Below are positions 20,441 to 31,674 of a stretch of 64,000 nt of DNA, piece after piece; within the stretch, counting starts at the first letter, position 1; every line of letters starts with the position of its first letter. Origin of the DNA: Acidobacteriota bacterium (GTDB taxonomy: Bacteria; Acidobacteriota; UBA6911; RPQK01; JAJDTT01). Where the stretch lies: NCBI GenBank assembly GCA_965217775.1, contig CBDCJH010000002.1, positions 5,184,001-5,248,000 on the forward strand, given 5' to 3'. The notes beneath the pieces were generated by a model. That model was not told where the DNA came from. It did not search any database and was given only the letters and a program-made list of their open reading frames with translations. Made by a program: the position numbers and the translations under genes.

Positions 20441-21943
20441 TCAGTGCTGATGATGCATGGAGGATCCCGTGTCCCCCGTGGCGCCCGTGGAGTTCGGAGA
20501 GACGATTTTCCGAATGGCCTCCTTCAGGCGGCTCTCGGAATCGATGAGGAATTGGGAAGAGATCACGACGCGATCGCCCTCGGCCAGACCCTTCCTCACT
20601 TCCCAGAAACCATTGCCATTTCTGCCCAATACCACCTCCCGGACCTGGAAGGCCCCATTTCCCCGATCCAGGACCACCAGGTTCCGGCGGCCGCTGTGGA
20701 TCACCGAGTCCTCGGGAACCGCCAGTGCGCCGCGGACCGATGACACGCCGAAGGTGACGTTGGCGTACATGTCGGCGCGGAGGCTCGGATCGGGATCCAT
20801 CAATTCCAGCGACACCTTCAAGGTCCGGGTCCGGCCGCTGAAGGCGGGGGACAGGAACCGAACGGCGCCGCGAAATTTTCGTCCCGGTTGGGCCGGAATC
20901 TCGATGGAGGCGGCCTGTCCGATCTGCAGCCAGGGAATCTGATGCTCGAAGACCTCCGCCTCCACCCAGAGGCCGGAAGGATCGGCGATCTTGTAGAGGT
21001 TCATTCCGGGACGGACTAGCATCCCCTCCAATGCCTTGTCCATTTTCTCCACCACCACTCCGCTGACCGGTGAGACCAGGGTGACGGTGTGCCGGGGCTC
21101 ACGGGACTCTTCCAGACGGCGGATCTGGTCCGAGTCGATGTGCCAGTGATCCAGTCGGCGCCGGCTGGACTCCACCAGGGATCGGGCCCGCTCGGCGACC
21201 TCGGGGTACTGGTTTCCGCTGAGCCGCGCGGCGTATTCCATGGCCTGCAAGTACTCCTGTTGGGTGGTCACCAGTTCCGGGCTGTAGATCTCCAAGAGCT
21301 TCTGGCCTCTCTCGACCGGCTCACCCACGTAGTTGACGTGCGCCTTCTCGATCCAACCTTCGTATTTGGCGTTGATCCAGGCCATCTTCCCTTCGTCGTG
21401 GACCAGGTTTCCCACGGTTCGGATGGTGAAGGAGAGATCGACCCGCCGGACTGCGACCCACTGCACGCCGAAGTTCTGGACGAAGGACGGGTCGATTCGG
21501 ACGACGTCCCGGTGACCGATCCCGGATTCCGTTTGCGGAACTTCCGGCTGTTGGTTGTCCGCGGTGCGAGTCGCCGTTTCGCCGGAAACACCGGCGTCGC
21601 CCATGGAGCCGTGCGAGAGCTGGGAATGGGACATGGCGTGGTCGGTCCCGGCACCTTCCCGATCTGTCCCGGAGCCTTCCCGGCCGGCGGTCGATCCTTT
21701 CAACGGACTCAGGCGCATCCCGCAGAGGGGACAGCTTCCCGGCCCTTGGCGGATGACCTGGGGATGCATGCCGCAGGTCCAGAGCTGTCCCTCCTGGGAA
21801 TCTCGTTGGGGAGACAGAATGCCGAACCAGGAGGGGATTCCCTTCCGGACCCGATGGATCAGGCGCCAATCGAAAGGATCGACCAGGATCAGGGCGGCCG
21901 CCGCCAGAAAAATCAGCAAGACCGGTAGCACCCATCTTTTCAT
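20441..21943 (-). CDS. cusB: RND periplasmic adaptor with heavy-metal-binding domain
   Basis: WTCGMHP...CPLCGM, YSPELV, SSQFLIDSESRL, His-rich tail. Confidence 0.9.
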   Translation of the reverse strand: MKRWVLPVLLIFLAAAALILVDPFDWRLIHRVRKGIPSWFGILSPQRDSQEGQLWTCGMHPQVIRQGPGSCPLCGMRLSPLKGSTAGREGSGTDREGAGTDHAMSHSQLSHGSMGDAGVSGETATRTADNQQPEVPQTESGIGHRDVVRIDPSFVQNFGVQWVAVRRVDLSFTIRTVGNLVHDEGKMAWINAKYEGWIEKAHVNYVGEPVERGQKLLEIYSPELVTTQQEYLQAMEYAARLSGNQYPEVAERARSLVESSRRRLDHWHIDSDQIRRLEESREPRHTVTLVSPVSGVVVEKMDKALEGMLVRPGMNLYKIADPSGLWVEAEVFEHQIPWLQIGQAASIEIPAQPGRKFRGAVRFLSPAFSGRTRTLKVSLELMDPDPSLRADMYANVTFGVSSVRGALAVPEDSVIHSGRRNLVVLDRGNGAFQVREVVLGRNGNGFWEVRKGLAEGDRVVISSQFLIDSESRLKEAIRKIVSPNSTGATGDTGSSMHHQH

Positions 21944-23280
21944 CAGTCTTCTCCCGATCCGGGGTAACGTGTTCCGACGGCCCGCTCCATTTCCGCCAGG
22001 GCCTGCAAATAGTCGGCCCGGTGGCGAGCCTGGAGCACGCGCGTTTCCAACAGGGACCGTTCGCTGTCCAAGAGCTCCAGGGCTCCCAACTGCGCATTCC
22101 GGTATCCGGACTCGGCGGAGCGGAGCGCCTCCCGGGTCTGGGGAATCAGGACCCGTTCAAACAGGTCCATCTGTCTCCACAGGGTCTGGATGCGAACCGC
22201 CAGGTCCCGGATGGAGAGTTGAATCCGGTTTCGCAGATCTCGATACGTGCTGCGTTCGGCGATCAGATTTTCCGCAGCCTCCATCACCTCCGCGCGATAC
22301 TTGTGCCTTTGGAGGGGAATGTTGATGCTCACCGAGAGGTTGTAGGCATTCTTTCCGCCGCCGGGACGCGTCGCCGGCAACAGGTCCTGCGGCGGAAGCC
22401 CCCCGACGTTGACGGTCCCCGCACTCAGTGTGAAATCCGGCCAGAAACTCTTCTTGGCCAGCTCCACGCCCTGCTCCGAAGCTTCGATCCGAGCCATGGT
22501 CCCCTTGAGTTCCTGCCGGTGAAGCTTCCCCAGCTCGTACAATTCATTCAAGTTGATACTGACCTTCGCCGCAGCGGGAAGCAGGAGTCGAGGCACGGGC
22601 TTTTCGGGAGGCTGGTCCAGCAGGCTGTTCAGTCGTGCCGCCGCCGATTGGCGTTGTTGTCCCAGCAGTTCCAGCCGGCTCATGGTCCGGCTGATCTCGG
22701 CCTGGATCCGGATCACCTCCTGCTGGTGTCCCTTGCCCGAAGCGTAACGAGCCTGAGCCAGATTCTCGTAGTGAGCCAGCAGAGATTTCTCCTCCCGTAC
22801 GATTTCCAGGGCCCGGTCCAGAAAGGCCACGTCGTAGAAGTTTCGCTTCACGTCGGCAGCGACTTCCCTTTCCCGGGCGCGGTAGAGACGGTATCGGGCC
22901 GCTGCCCGTTTGAAGGCGATCTTGCCCTTCAGGTCCAGCTTTCCGAACCAGGAGAACCGCTGGCTGAGTGTGAGCGTGCTCAGTTGAGGACCTTCCCGGG
23001 TTTCTACGCTGCGAAGGTAGCGGCCGAAGCTCACCATGGGATCGGGAAGAGCGGTCTGCTGGGGCACCTTCTGGAGAGCCGCACGGTAACGGGCCAGCTC
23101 GGTCAGGATGGAGGGGTTGGAGTCGAGGGCGGTGCGAATGTACTCACCCAGCAGCGGGTCCGGGATGTGGAAGGCTTGTGCCGGATCCGGCTGAGCTCCA
23201 ATGGCTCCCTGGTGCCCTGCAAGGAGGAGGCAGAGTCCCAGAAAAACGGTCGTCACGATTGGGGGTGTCGATCTCTTCAT
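21943..23280 (-). CDS. TolC/CusC-type outer-membrane efflux protein
   Basis: ALPDP, SQRFSWFGK, helical OEP repeats. First gene of the operon. Confidence 0.88.
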   Translation of the reverse strand: MKRSTPPIVTTVFLGLCLLLAGHQGAIGAQPDPAQAFHIPDPLLGEYIRTALDSNPSILTELARYRAALQKVPQQTALPDPMVSFGRYLRSVETREGPQLSTLTLSQRFSWFGKLDLKGKIAFKRAAARYRLYRAREREVAADVKRNFYDVAFLDRALEIVREEKSLLAHYENLAQARYASGKGHQQEVIRIQAEISRTMSRLELLGQQRQSAAARLNSLLDQPPEKPVPRLLLPAAAKVSINLNELYELGKLHRQELKGTMARIEASEQGVELAKKSFWPDFTLSAGTVNVGGLPPQDLLPATRPGGGKNAYNLSVSINIPLQRHKYRAEVMEAAENLIAERSTYRDLRNRIQLSIRDLAVRIQTLWRQMDLFERVLIPQTREALRSAESGYRNAQLGALELLDSERSLLETRVLQARHRADYLQALAEMERAVGTRYPGSGED

Positions 23281-23310
23281 CGTCTCTTGTCCGGCACGCT
23301 TGTTTCCGCA

Positions 23311-23327
23311 AGCAATTTCCGATCCAA
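23311..23327 (-). promoter_or_regulatory. Putative sigma54 (-24/-12) promoter for the cus operon
   Basis: Minus strand reads TTGG-ATCGGAAATT-GCT (GG-N10-GC), about 30 nt upstream of the ATG at 23280. Confidence 0.6.
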
Positions 23328-23447
23328 CTGGAGCTCCTGCTCCGGATGCGGGTGCTAAGTCCTTCCAAATCGGGTATTTGATGCTTACTCGCCGGAGACA
23401 ATCCGGTGGCCGAGGCGCCTGTTCTTTGGTTCATATAAATCATAGTA

Positions 23448-23481
23448 TGTGTTAAATGGAACAGATGTCTCATATGACACA
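23448..23481. promoter_or_regulatory. Two tandem TGT-N10-ACA sites, putative enhancer (UAS) for the NtrC-type regulator
   Basis: TGTGTTAAATGGAACA (23448-23463) and TGTCTCATATGACACA (23466-23481) in an AT-rich intergenic region, about 120-150 bp upstream of the -24 box. Confidence 0.55.
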
Positions 23482-23505
23482 AATGTTGGGTACAATGGGT
23501 CAAAG

Positions 23506-24890
23506 ATGAAGTCCGAACGGATCCTGTTGGTCGACGACGATCGGAATTTCCTGCGGGTCCTGGGCTACCAGGTCGAGCAGTTCGGGTACGACACCTGCTG
23601 CGTCTCTTCCGGAATCCGAGCCTTGGAGCGAGTCCGGGAGTCCGATGTGGACCTGGTGGTCACCGACCTTCGCATGCCGGGTATGGACGGTCTCCAGTTG
23701 CTGGAACGGATCCGCCGTTTGGACCCGGACCTGCCCGTGATCGTCCTGACCGCGCACGGTTCCATCGAGGGGGCCGTCGACGCCGTCAAGGGCGGGGCCT
23801 CCGATTTTCTGACCAAGCCCTTCGAGCGGGAGGAGATCCACCAGTCCATCCGGAAAGCCCTGCAGATGACGCAGTTGATTCGTGAGAATCGGAGACTCTC
23901 CCGGGAGGTGCAGCGCAGGTTCGAGTTCGAGGGGATCGTGGGTTCGTCCAAGGAGTTCCGGGAGGTCCTGGACATGGCGCGCCAATTGGCGGCGGTGGGG
24001 ACGACGGTCCTGATTCAAGGAGAGACGGGGACCGGGAAGGAGCTCCTGGCGCGGGCCATCCATTTCAACGGTCCGCGCCGGGATCGTCCCTTCGTGGTGG
24101 TCAACTGCGGCGCCATTCCGCGGGACCTGATGGAGTCCGAACTCTTCGGTCACCGGAAGGGTGCATTCACCGGAGCCGTCGCCGACAGGCGTGGAAAGTT
24201 CGCCGCGGCGGACACCGGGACTCTGTTCCTGGACGAGGTGGCGGAGCTTCCGCTGGATATGCAGGTGAAACTGCTCCGGGTATTGCAGCACAAGGAGATG
24301 GATGTGGTCGGAGACCCCGAACCCTCTCCCGTGGACGTCCGGATCCTGGCGGCCACGAATCAGGATCTGGTCCGGACCATGGCCAAGGGCCGATTCCGGC
24401 AAGACCTTTTCTATCGGCTCTCGGTCGCGCCCTTGAGGATCCCCCCCTTGCGGGAGCGCCGGGAAGACGTCCCGCTTCTGATCCACCATTTCCAGAGTGA
24501 GTCGTCCCGGAAACTGGGAAAGGAGGTGCGGTTCGGGGAAGACGCGGTTTCGCTTCTGCAGTCGTACCGTTGGCCCGGCAATGTCCGGGAGTTGGAAAAC
24601 GTCGTCGAGAGGCTGGTGCTCTTCAACCGGACCGGAAGCGTCGAGCGCGAGGACCTGCCCATCGAGATCCGCCGCCCTCCCGGGGATTCGGACAGCCGGA
24701 TGTTCCGGCTCCCGGAGAAAGGCTTTTCTCTGCAAGAGTTGGAGCGTGACATCCTGCTGGCGGCGCTGGAGCGGAACCGCTGGAATCAGGTTCGTACGGC
24801 GCGGTACCTGGGGATCACCAGGAACACTCTGATCTACCGGATGCGGAAGTTCGGACTCAGGCGAATCAGGGGTGAGGGACAATCTCCGTC

Positions 24891-24894
<4 letters not shown>
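23506..24894 (+). CDS. Sigma54-dependent response regulator (NtrC/ZraR family)
   Basis: Receiver domain (LVDDD, DLRMP), GETGTGKE, GAFTGA, WPGNVRELEN, Fis-type HTH. Confidence 0.95.
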
Positions 24895-25975
<1,081 letters not shown>

Positions 25976-25979
<4 letters not shown>

Positions 25980-28297
25980 GCCCCTCGTCCGAGCAGCGTG
26001 AAATCGATCCGGTTTGCGGGATGACGGTGACTCCCGGGCCCGACACCGACACCGTCGCCCACCGGGGAACCACGTACTACTTTTGCTGCTCACACTGCGC
26101 CGATTTGTTCCGGTCCGATCCGGAACTCGCCCTTGCGCACCAGGGAGGAGACCCTCCCGGGAAGCCGGTTCAGGACCACGGGGACGCCTTCACTTACGTC
26201 TGCCCCATGTGTCCCGGCGTCGAGTCGCCGACACCAGGGTCGTGCCCCTCATGCGGCATGGCTTTGCAGCCGTACGACGCGGCGGCAGGAGAGGACGACG
26301 GAGAATTGCGGGAAATGACCCGGCGTTTCCGCTGGAGTCTCGGTTTCACCGTTCCCCTTTTTCTGCTGTCCATGTTGGATATGGCGCCGGGACATCCGAT
26401 CTCCGGGTTCTTGACTCCGGCACTCCGCCAGTGGATCGAGCTGCTGCTGGCCACGCCAGTGGTGATCTGGGGAGGGCTCCCCTTCTGGCAGAGAGCCTGG
26501 GCCTCCATTCTGAATCGCAGCCTGAACATGTTCACGCTGATCGCCCTGGGCACGGGCGCAGCCTACGTCTACAGCTTGGCGGCCGTCGGATTTCCAAGGT
26601 CTTTTCCCGATGTCTACCGGGACAGTCTCGGTCAGGTGGGCGTCTATTTCGAAGCCGCCGCCGTCATCACGACCCTGGTCCTTCTGGGGCAGGTCCTCGA
26701 GCTCAGGGCCAGGGCGCGCACCGGCAGCGCCATCCGGTCCCTGCTGGAACTGTCTCCGCCCACCGCACGGAAGATCGTCGGCGGAGGCGAAGAAGAGGTG
26801 CCCTTGGGGGACGTGCAGCCGGGCGATCGGCTGCGGGTGCGGCCGGGAGACAAGGTTCCGGTGGACGGCCGGGTGCTGGAGGGAGAGAGCAGCGTGGACG
26901 AGTCCATGATCAGCGGCGAGTCCATCCCGGTCATGAAACACTCGGGAGACCCCGTGACGGGCGGGACGGTGAACGGTTCCGGTACGCTCGTCATGGAGGC
27001 GCTTCGGGTCGGAACCGAGACCCTTTTGGCCCGCATCGTCCGCATGGTCACCGAAGCCCAACGCTCCCGGGCGCCCGTCCACCGCTTAGTGGACCGCGTG
27101 GCGGCATGGTTCGTACCCGGCGTCATTCTGGTGGCGGTGGCGGCGGCAGCGACCTGGGGACTGTTGGGACCGGAACCGAGGTGGGCCAACGCGCTCGTCA
27201 CGGCGGCGGCGGTATTGCTGATCGCGTGTCCCTGCGCCCTCGGTCTGGCCACTCCCATGTCCATCATGGTGGGAGTGGGGGAGGGGGCCCGGTCGGGGGT
27301 TCTGATTCGCGACGCCGAGTCGCTGGAAGTCCTGGAGCGCGTGGATACCCTGATGGTCGACAAGACGGGCACTCTCACCGAAGGGAGACCGCGGCTTCAG
27401 GCCGTGCTTCCGGCCGCCGGATGGAAGCGTGAGGAAATCCTGAGACTCGCCGCCGGCGTCGAGCAGGGGAGTGAGCATCCCCTGGCCGGGGCAGTGGTTG
27501 ATGGGGCGCGCCGGGAGGGTCTGGAGCCGCCTTCCGTGAAACGCTTCGATTCCGTGGCCGGACAGGGGGTCCGGGGAGATGTGGAGGGTCGGGAGGTGGC
27601 AGTGGGCAACCGGCGTTTCCTGGCGGCTCTGTCCATCCGGGTGGGGGATCTGGATCGGCAGGCGGAGGAACTGCGCCGGCGCGGGCTGACGGCCTTCTTC
27701 GTGGCCGTCGACGGGCGGAGCTGCGGCGTCTTGGGTCTGGGCGACCCGGTCAAGGCGTCCGCCCGGGAGACTCTGGCGCAGTTGAGGGTCCAAGACCTCA
27801 GGATCGTCATGCTCACCGGCGACGGCCGGACCACGGCCGACGCGGTGGCGAGTGAGCTGGGGATCGAACGGGTCCGGTCGGAGATGTTGCCCGGCGAGAA
27901 GGCGAGTTTGGTCCAGCGGGACCAGGAGCAAGGCAGGATCGTGGCCATGGCGGGGGACGGTGTCAACGACGCTCCGGCCCTGGCCGTGGCCCGAGTCGGC
28001 ATCGCCATGGGCACTGGATCCGACATCGCTCTCAAGAGTGCGGGCGTGACCCTCTTGCAAGGAGACCTGAGAGGCATACTGCGCGCTCTCCGATTGAGCC
28101 GGGCGACGCTGCGAAACATTCGCCAGAATCTATTTTTTGCCTTTCTGTACAACATGTTGGGTGTGCCGGTAGCGGCCGGTGTCCTGTATCCTATCTGGGG
28201 TATCACACTGAATCCCATGCTGGCCGCCGCCGCCATGGCTCTCAGTTCTCTCTCGGTGATCGCCAACGCCTTGAGATTGCGGCGGGTCCGGATCTGA
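25976..28297 (+). CDS. copA: P1B-type copper-translocating ATPase with YHS and heavy-metal-binding domains
   Basis: DPVCGM...[29 protein letters not shown] and MALSS motifs. Confidence 0.93.
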
Positions 28298-28303
28298 TCG
28301 GCA

Positions 28304-28343
28304 GTAGGGGCGAAATCGGGCACCCACAAGGGGGTGCCTCTAC
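28304..28343. repeat. GTAG-type REP-like element
   Basis: GTAGGGGC...GGGCACCCACAAGGGGGTGCCTCTAC, related to 35310-35392. Confidence 0.55.
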
Positions 28344-28413
28344 GGTTTGGCCGGATGACGGGAATGGGACCGCTTCGCGATCCTCCGATCGGGTTACCGT
28401 GGAGTCGAGTACA

Positions 28414-29175
28414 ATGGAACCCGTGAGAACGAGCCGTTGGTTGCTGGTGCCGCTGCTCCTCCTGCTGGGCGGTCAATCCCAGGCCCAGGTCGAGTCGGAC
28501 ACTCTGCTGGAGAGTCTGAAGCCCCAGGGTTACGTCAGCGACTACGCCGGGGTGGTGGACGCCAATCTGAGGCGGTCACTGGAGGTCCGGCTCAGGGAAC
28601 TGGAGCAGAAGACGTCCGCTCAGATTGCGGTGGTCACTCTCCGGTCGCTGCAGGGAGGAGAGATCCGGGACTTCGCCAATCGGCTCTTCGAGCACTGGGG
28701 AGTGGGACGGAAAGGCAAGGACAACGGTGTTCTGATCCTCACCTCGTTGGAGGATCGCAAGATCTGGATCGAAGTCGGTTACGGCCTGGAAGGACTCCTT
28801 CCGGACGCGTTGGTGGGACGCATTCTGGACCAGGCGGTGATGCCCGATTTCCGCCACGGACGCCATGGGGGCGGCTTGGCCAGGGGCGCCCTCACGATTG
28901 CCGGGGTGATCGCCCGGGACGCGGGAGTCACGCTCAGTGGGACTGCCGTGCCGTCGGGAGCTCGAAAAAGCCGCCGTCCGGGCGCAGGCAACCTGCTCTA
29001 TCTGCTTTTTCTCCTCTTTTTGTTCCTGCGGCGTCCCCTGCTGGGGATGTTTCTGCCACTCGGGATGGGAGCCGGGTTCCCGCGGGGCGGCTATGGCGGA
29101 GGTTTCTCGGGCGGGGGCTTCGGCGGCTTCGGCGGCGGGCTCTCCGGGGGCGGCGGCGCGGGCGGGAGTTGGTAG
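28414..29175 (+). CDS. TPM-domain protein (YgcG-like)
   Basis: YVSDYAGVV, WGVGRKGKDNGVL, IEVGYGLEG, Gly-rich tail ending GGSW. Confidence 0.9.
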   Translation: MEPVRTSRWLLVPLLLLLGGQSQAQVESDTLLESLKPQGYVSDYAGVVDANLRRSLEVRLRELEQKTSAQIAVVTLRSLQGGEIRDFANRLFEHWGVGRKGKDNGVLILTSLEDRKIWIEVGYGLEGLLPDALVGRILDQAVMPDFRHGRHGGGLARGALTIAGVIARDAGVTLSGTAVPSGARKSRRPGAGNLLYLLFLLFLFLRRPLLGMFLPLGMGAGFPRGGYGGGFSGGGFGGFGGGLSGGGGAGGSW

Positions 29176-29203
29176 GTGATCGTCCCGGATCGGATTTGAA
29201 GAC

Positions 29204-29944
29204 ATGAAACCGGAACAATTGGTCGAGAAGCTGCGCAAAGTCCAACCCTTGAGTCTCAGGTCGGTCATTCTGTACGGGTCGGCCGTCACCGGCGACTTCG
29301 TAAGGAAGCGATCGGACTACAATGTGCTCGTCATCGCCGAGAGTCTGGGAGTGCCGGAGCTGCGGGCTCTGGCCGGCGTGGCTCGGCGTTGGGTCAAGGC
29401 GGGCAATCCACCGCCACTGCTCTTCACTTTGGAGCGATTGAAACAGTCGGCGGACGTCTTCCCCATCGAGATCCTGGACATGAAGGCGGCGAACCGGGTC
29501 CTTTATGGCGAGGACATCCTGAGCCGGATTCCAGTCAGTGAAGAGAATCTGAGACTCCAAGTGGAGTCGGAGCTCAAGGGAAAGCTGATTCAACTCCGGG
29601 AGGCCTATCTGATTACGGGAGGAAAGCCCCGGGACGTGGTCGAGGTCCTGGTCCGTTCCCTTGCCTCGTTTCTGGTTCTCTTTCGGGCGGCCCTTCGCCT
29701 CTACCAGATCGGGGCGCCGGCCAAGAAGCTGGATGCGCTGGCCGCTCTGGCCCGGCGGATCCCATTGGACCCCACACCGTTCGAAACCGTCGAAGCCCTC
29801 AAGGAGGGGCAGATGAAGGTCAAACAGGTCAAGGCGGACGCCCTCTTCGGAGACTTTCTGAAGTCCGTTGAGACCGTTGTGGACGCCATCGACAGCTACG
29901 CTCACGGGCGGGAGCGGGCTGAGGAACAGGAGTTGCCGTCTTGA
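29204..29944 (+). CDS. Nucleotidyltransferase-fold protein
   Basis: ILYGSAVTGD...SDYNVLV, DVFPIE. Confidence 0.75.
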   Translation: MKPEQLVEKLRKVQPLSLRSVILYGSAVTGDFVRKRSDYNVLVIAESLGVPELRALAGVARRWVKAGNPPPLLFTLERLKQSADVFPIEILDMKAANRVLYGEDILSRIPVSEENLRLQVESELKGKLIQLREAYLITGGKPRDVVEVLVRSLASFLVLFRAALRLYQIGAPAKKLDALAALARRIPLDPTPFETVEALKEGQMKVKQVKADALFGDFLKSVETVVDAIDSYAHGRERAEEQELPS

Positions 29945-30507
29945 AGAAGATATGGATCGTATTGGGAGTTGTCCTGCTTCTCTTCCTCATCGTCGGCATG
30001 AGTCTGACCGGTTCTTACAACCGGCTGGTCACGTTGAACGAGGGGGTGGAGGGCGCTTGGGCCCAGGTGGAGACGGTGCTGCAACGGCGCTACGACCTGA
30101 TCCCCAACCTGGTGAACACCGTGAAGGGGTTTGCAGCTCAGGAACGGGAAGTCTTTACCGAGGTCACCCGCTTGCGGAGCCAATGGGGAGCCGCCCGGAC
30201 CACCGCCGGCAAGGCTCAGATTGCCGGCCAGATGGAAGGGATGCTGTCCCGCCTGCTCCTGGTCGCCGAGCGCTATCCCGAGCTCAAGTCCAATCAGAAC
30301 TTCCTGGCCCTGCAGGACGAGTTGGCCGGGACCGAGAACCGGATCGCCGTGGAGCGGCGCCGCTACAACCAGACCGTACGGGACTACAACACGACGGTCC
30401 GCCGGTTTCCCACCAACCTCGTGGCCGGCTTTTACGGTTTCGAGCGGAGCACGGCCTACTTCGAAGCCGCCGAAGGAGCCGAAGCGGCTCCCACCGTAGC
30501 GTTCTGA
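29941..30507 (+). CDS. lemA: LemA family protein
   Basis: QRRYDLIPNLV, ERYPELKS, ENRIAVERRRYN. Confidence 0.95.
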   Translation: MKKIWIVLGVVLLLFLIVGMSLTGSYNRLVTLNEGVEGAWAQVETVLQRRYDLIPNLVNTVKGFAAQEREVFTEVTRLRSQWGAARTTAGKAQIAGQMEGMLSRLLLVAERYPELKSNQNFLALQDELAGTENRIAVERRRYNQTVRDYNTTVRRFPTNLVAGFYGFERSTAYFEAAEGAEAAPTVAF

Positions 30508-31340
30508 TCCGAAGGTTCCGGGTAGATACGCCGGGCGGAAATCAGAAAACCGGTGTGCGCCACCATCCGATGAACCGGCCGGATGGACTCCTCGCTGACA
30601 TGCCAGGGACGGACCAGCGACTCGGTGGTTTCGATGTGCGCCCAGTCCGGGTCGCGCTGCAATTTTCTCACCAGCCGGTACACCTGAAGCGCGGTGGGGA
30701 GCCAACAGAGAAGGCTGCCGCCCGGTCTCAACGCCGCTGCCGCCGAGTCGACGGCGCGCTCCGGTTCGGGGACGTCGAACAGGATCGTGTCCAGGTCCTC
30801 CTCCTGGATCCCGTCGTAGACATCCTCCAGAACGATCGTGTGCCGCGCTCCCGAAGCCCCGTAGAGGCCCGCGAATTCGGAGAGCGTGTCCTGGGCCAGT
30901 GAAGCGAACTCTTCCCGGCGCTCGTAGGAGATGAGATGACCCTGCGGCCCCAGGAAACGGAGCAGGACCAGGGCCACCGACCCGGACCCGATGCCCGCCT
31001 CCAGAACCCGGGCCCCGGGATAGATATCGCCCCGGATCAGGATCTGCGTCGAGTCCCGCGGGTAGATGATCTGGGTTCGGCGGTGCAGCCCCTTGAGAAC
31101 GTACCGTTCCAGGGTAGGCCGGAGGCAGACGACGGGGATTCCCCGGCGGCTCGGAAATCGGCAGCCTGGGGGCTTGCCCACGATCTCGTCGTGGAAGACA
31201 TGGCCGGTATGGGAGTGGTGGAAGAGGCCTCCCGGGCGCAGTTGAAAAATGTGGCGCTTGTTCTTGGGTCCGATGAGCAGAACCAACTCACCCTCCCGAA
31301 GGGGAACCCGCTGCAGCGTCGATGTCGCGTCCGAGGCCAT
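30456..31340 (-). CDS. trmI: tRNA (adenine-58-N1)-methyltransferase
   Basis: TQIIYPRD, VLEAGIGSG, YERREEF, DVPEP, RPVHRMVAHTGFL. Confidence 0.9.
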   Translation of the reverse strand: MASDATSTLQRVPLREGELVLLIGPKNKRHIFQLRPGGLFHHSHTGHVFHDEIVGKPPGCRFPSRRGIPVVCLRPTLERYVLKGLHRRTQIIYPRDSTQILIRGDIYPGARVLEAGIGSGSVALVLLRFLGPQGHLISYERREEFASLAQDTLSEFAGLYGASGARHTIVLEDVYDGIQEEDLDTILFDVPEPERAVDSAAAALRPGGSLLCWLPTALQVYRLVRKLQRDPDWAHIETTESLVRPWHVSEESIRPVHRMVAHTGFLISARRIYPEPSDQNATVGAASAPSAASK

Positions 31341-31380
31341 CCTGGGAGAATAGTCACGCCCATTTTCAAGTGTCAAACGT

Positions 31381-31416
31381 AGGAGGGGCGACATTCCTGT
31401 CCCCCCCTCTTCATCC
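31381..31416. repeat. REP-like palindrome adjacent to MITE copy 1
   Basis: AGGAGGGGCGACATTCCTGTCCCCCCCTCTTCATCC, a near-copy of 10260-10293. Confidence 0.55.
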
Positions 31417-31420
31417 ATAG

Positions 31421-31578
31421 CAGTCCGTGGTGAAAGTCCCGCGAGCACCGAGACCGTTCCTGCGCCCGCCGGACAAGGCGCGATTCGGGTGCATACCGGG
31501 AGTATGTGCCCGAATCGCAACGCCGTCCGCCGGGATGCAGGAACGGTCGAATGCCGTGATGACTTTTGCCACGGGCTG
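31421..31578 (+). mobile_element. 158-bp MITE, copy 1
   Basis: Imperfect TIRs CAGTCCGTGGTGAAAGTC / GACTTTTGCCACGGGCTG, flanked by ATAG on both sides. Near-identical copies at 34663 and 59584. Confidence 0.85.
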
Positions 31579-31674
31579 ATAGTAAATAGTTCAGCGAAGG
31601 TATGAGGACGGCCAGTGGAGTCAGGCGCGGTGGAGACCATGACGATGCTCGGCAGGGGCTGCTATTGTAGCCCG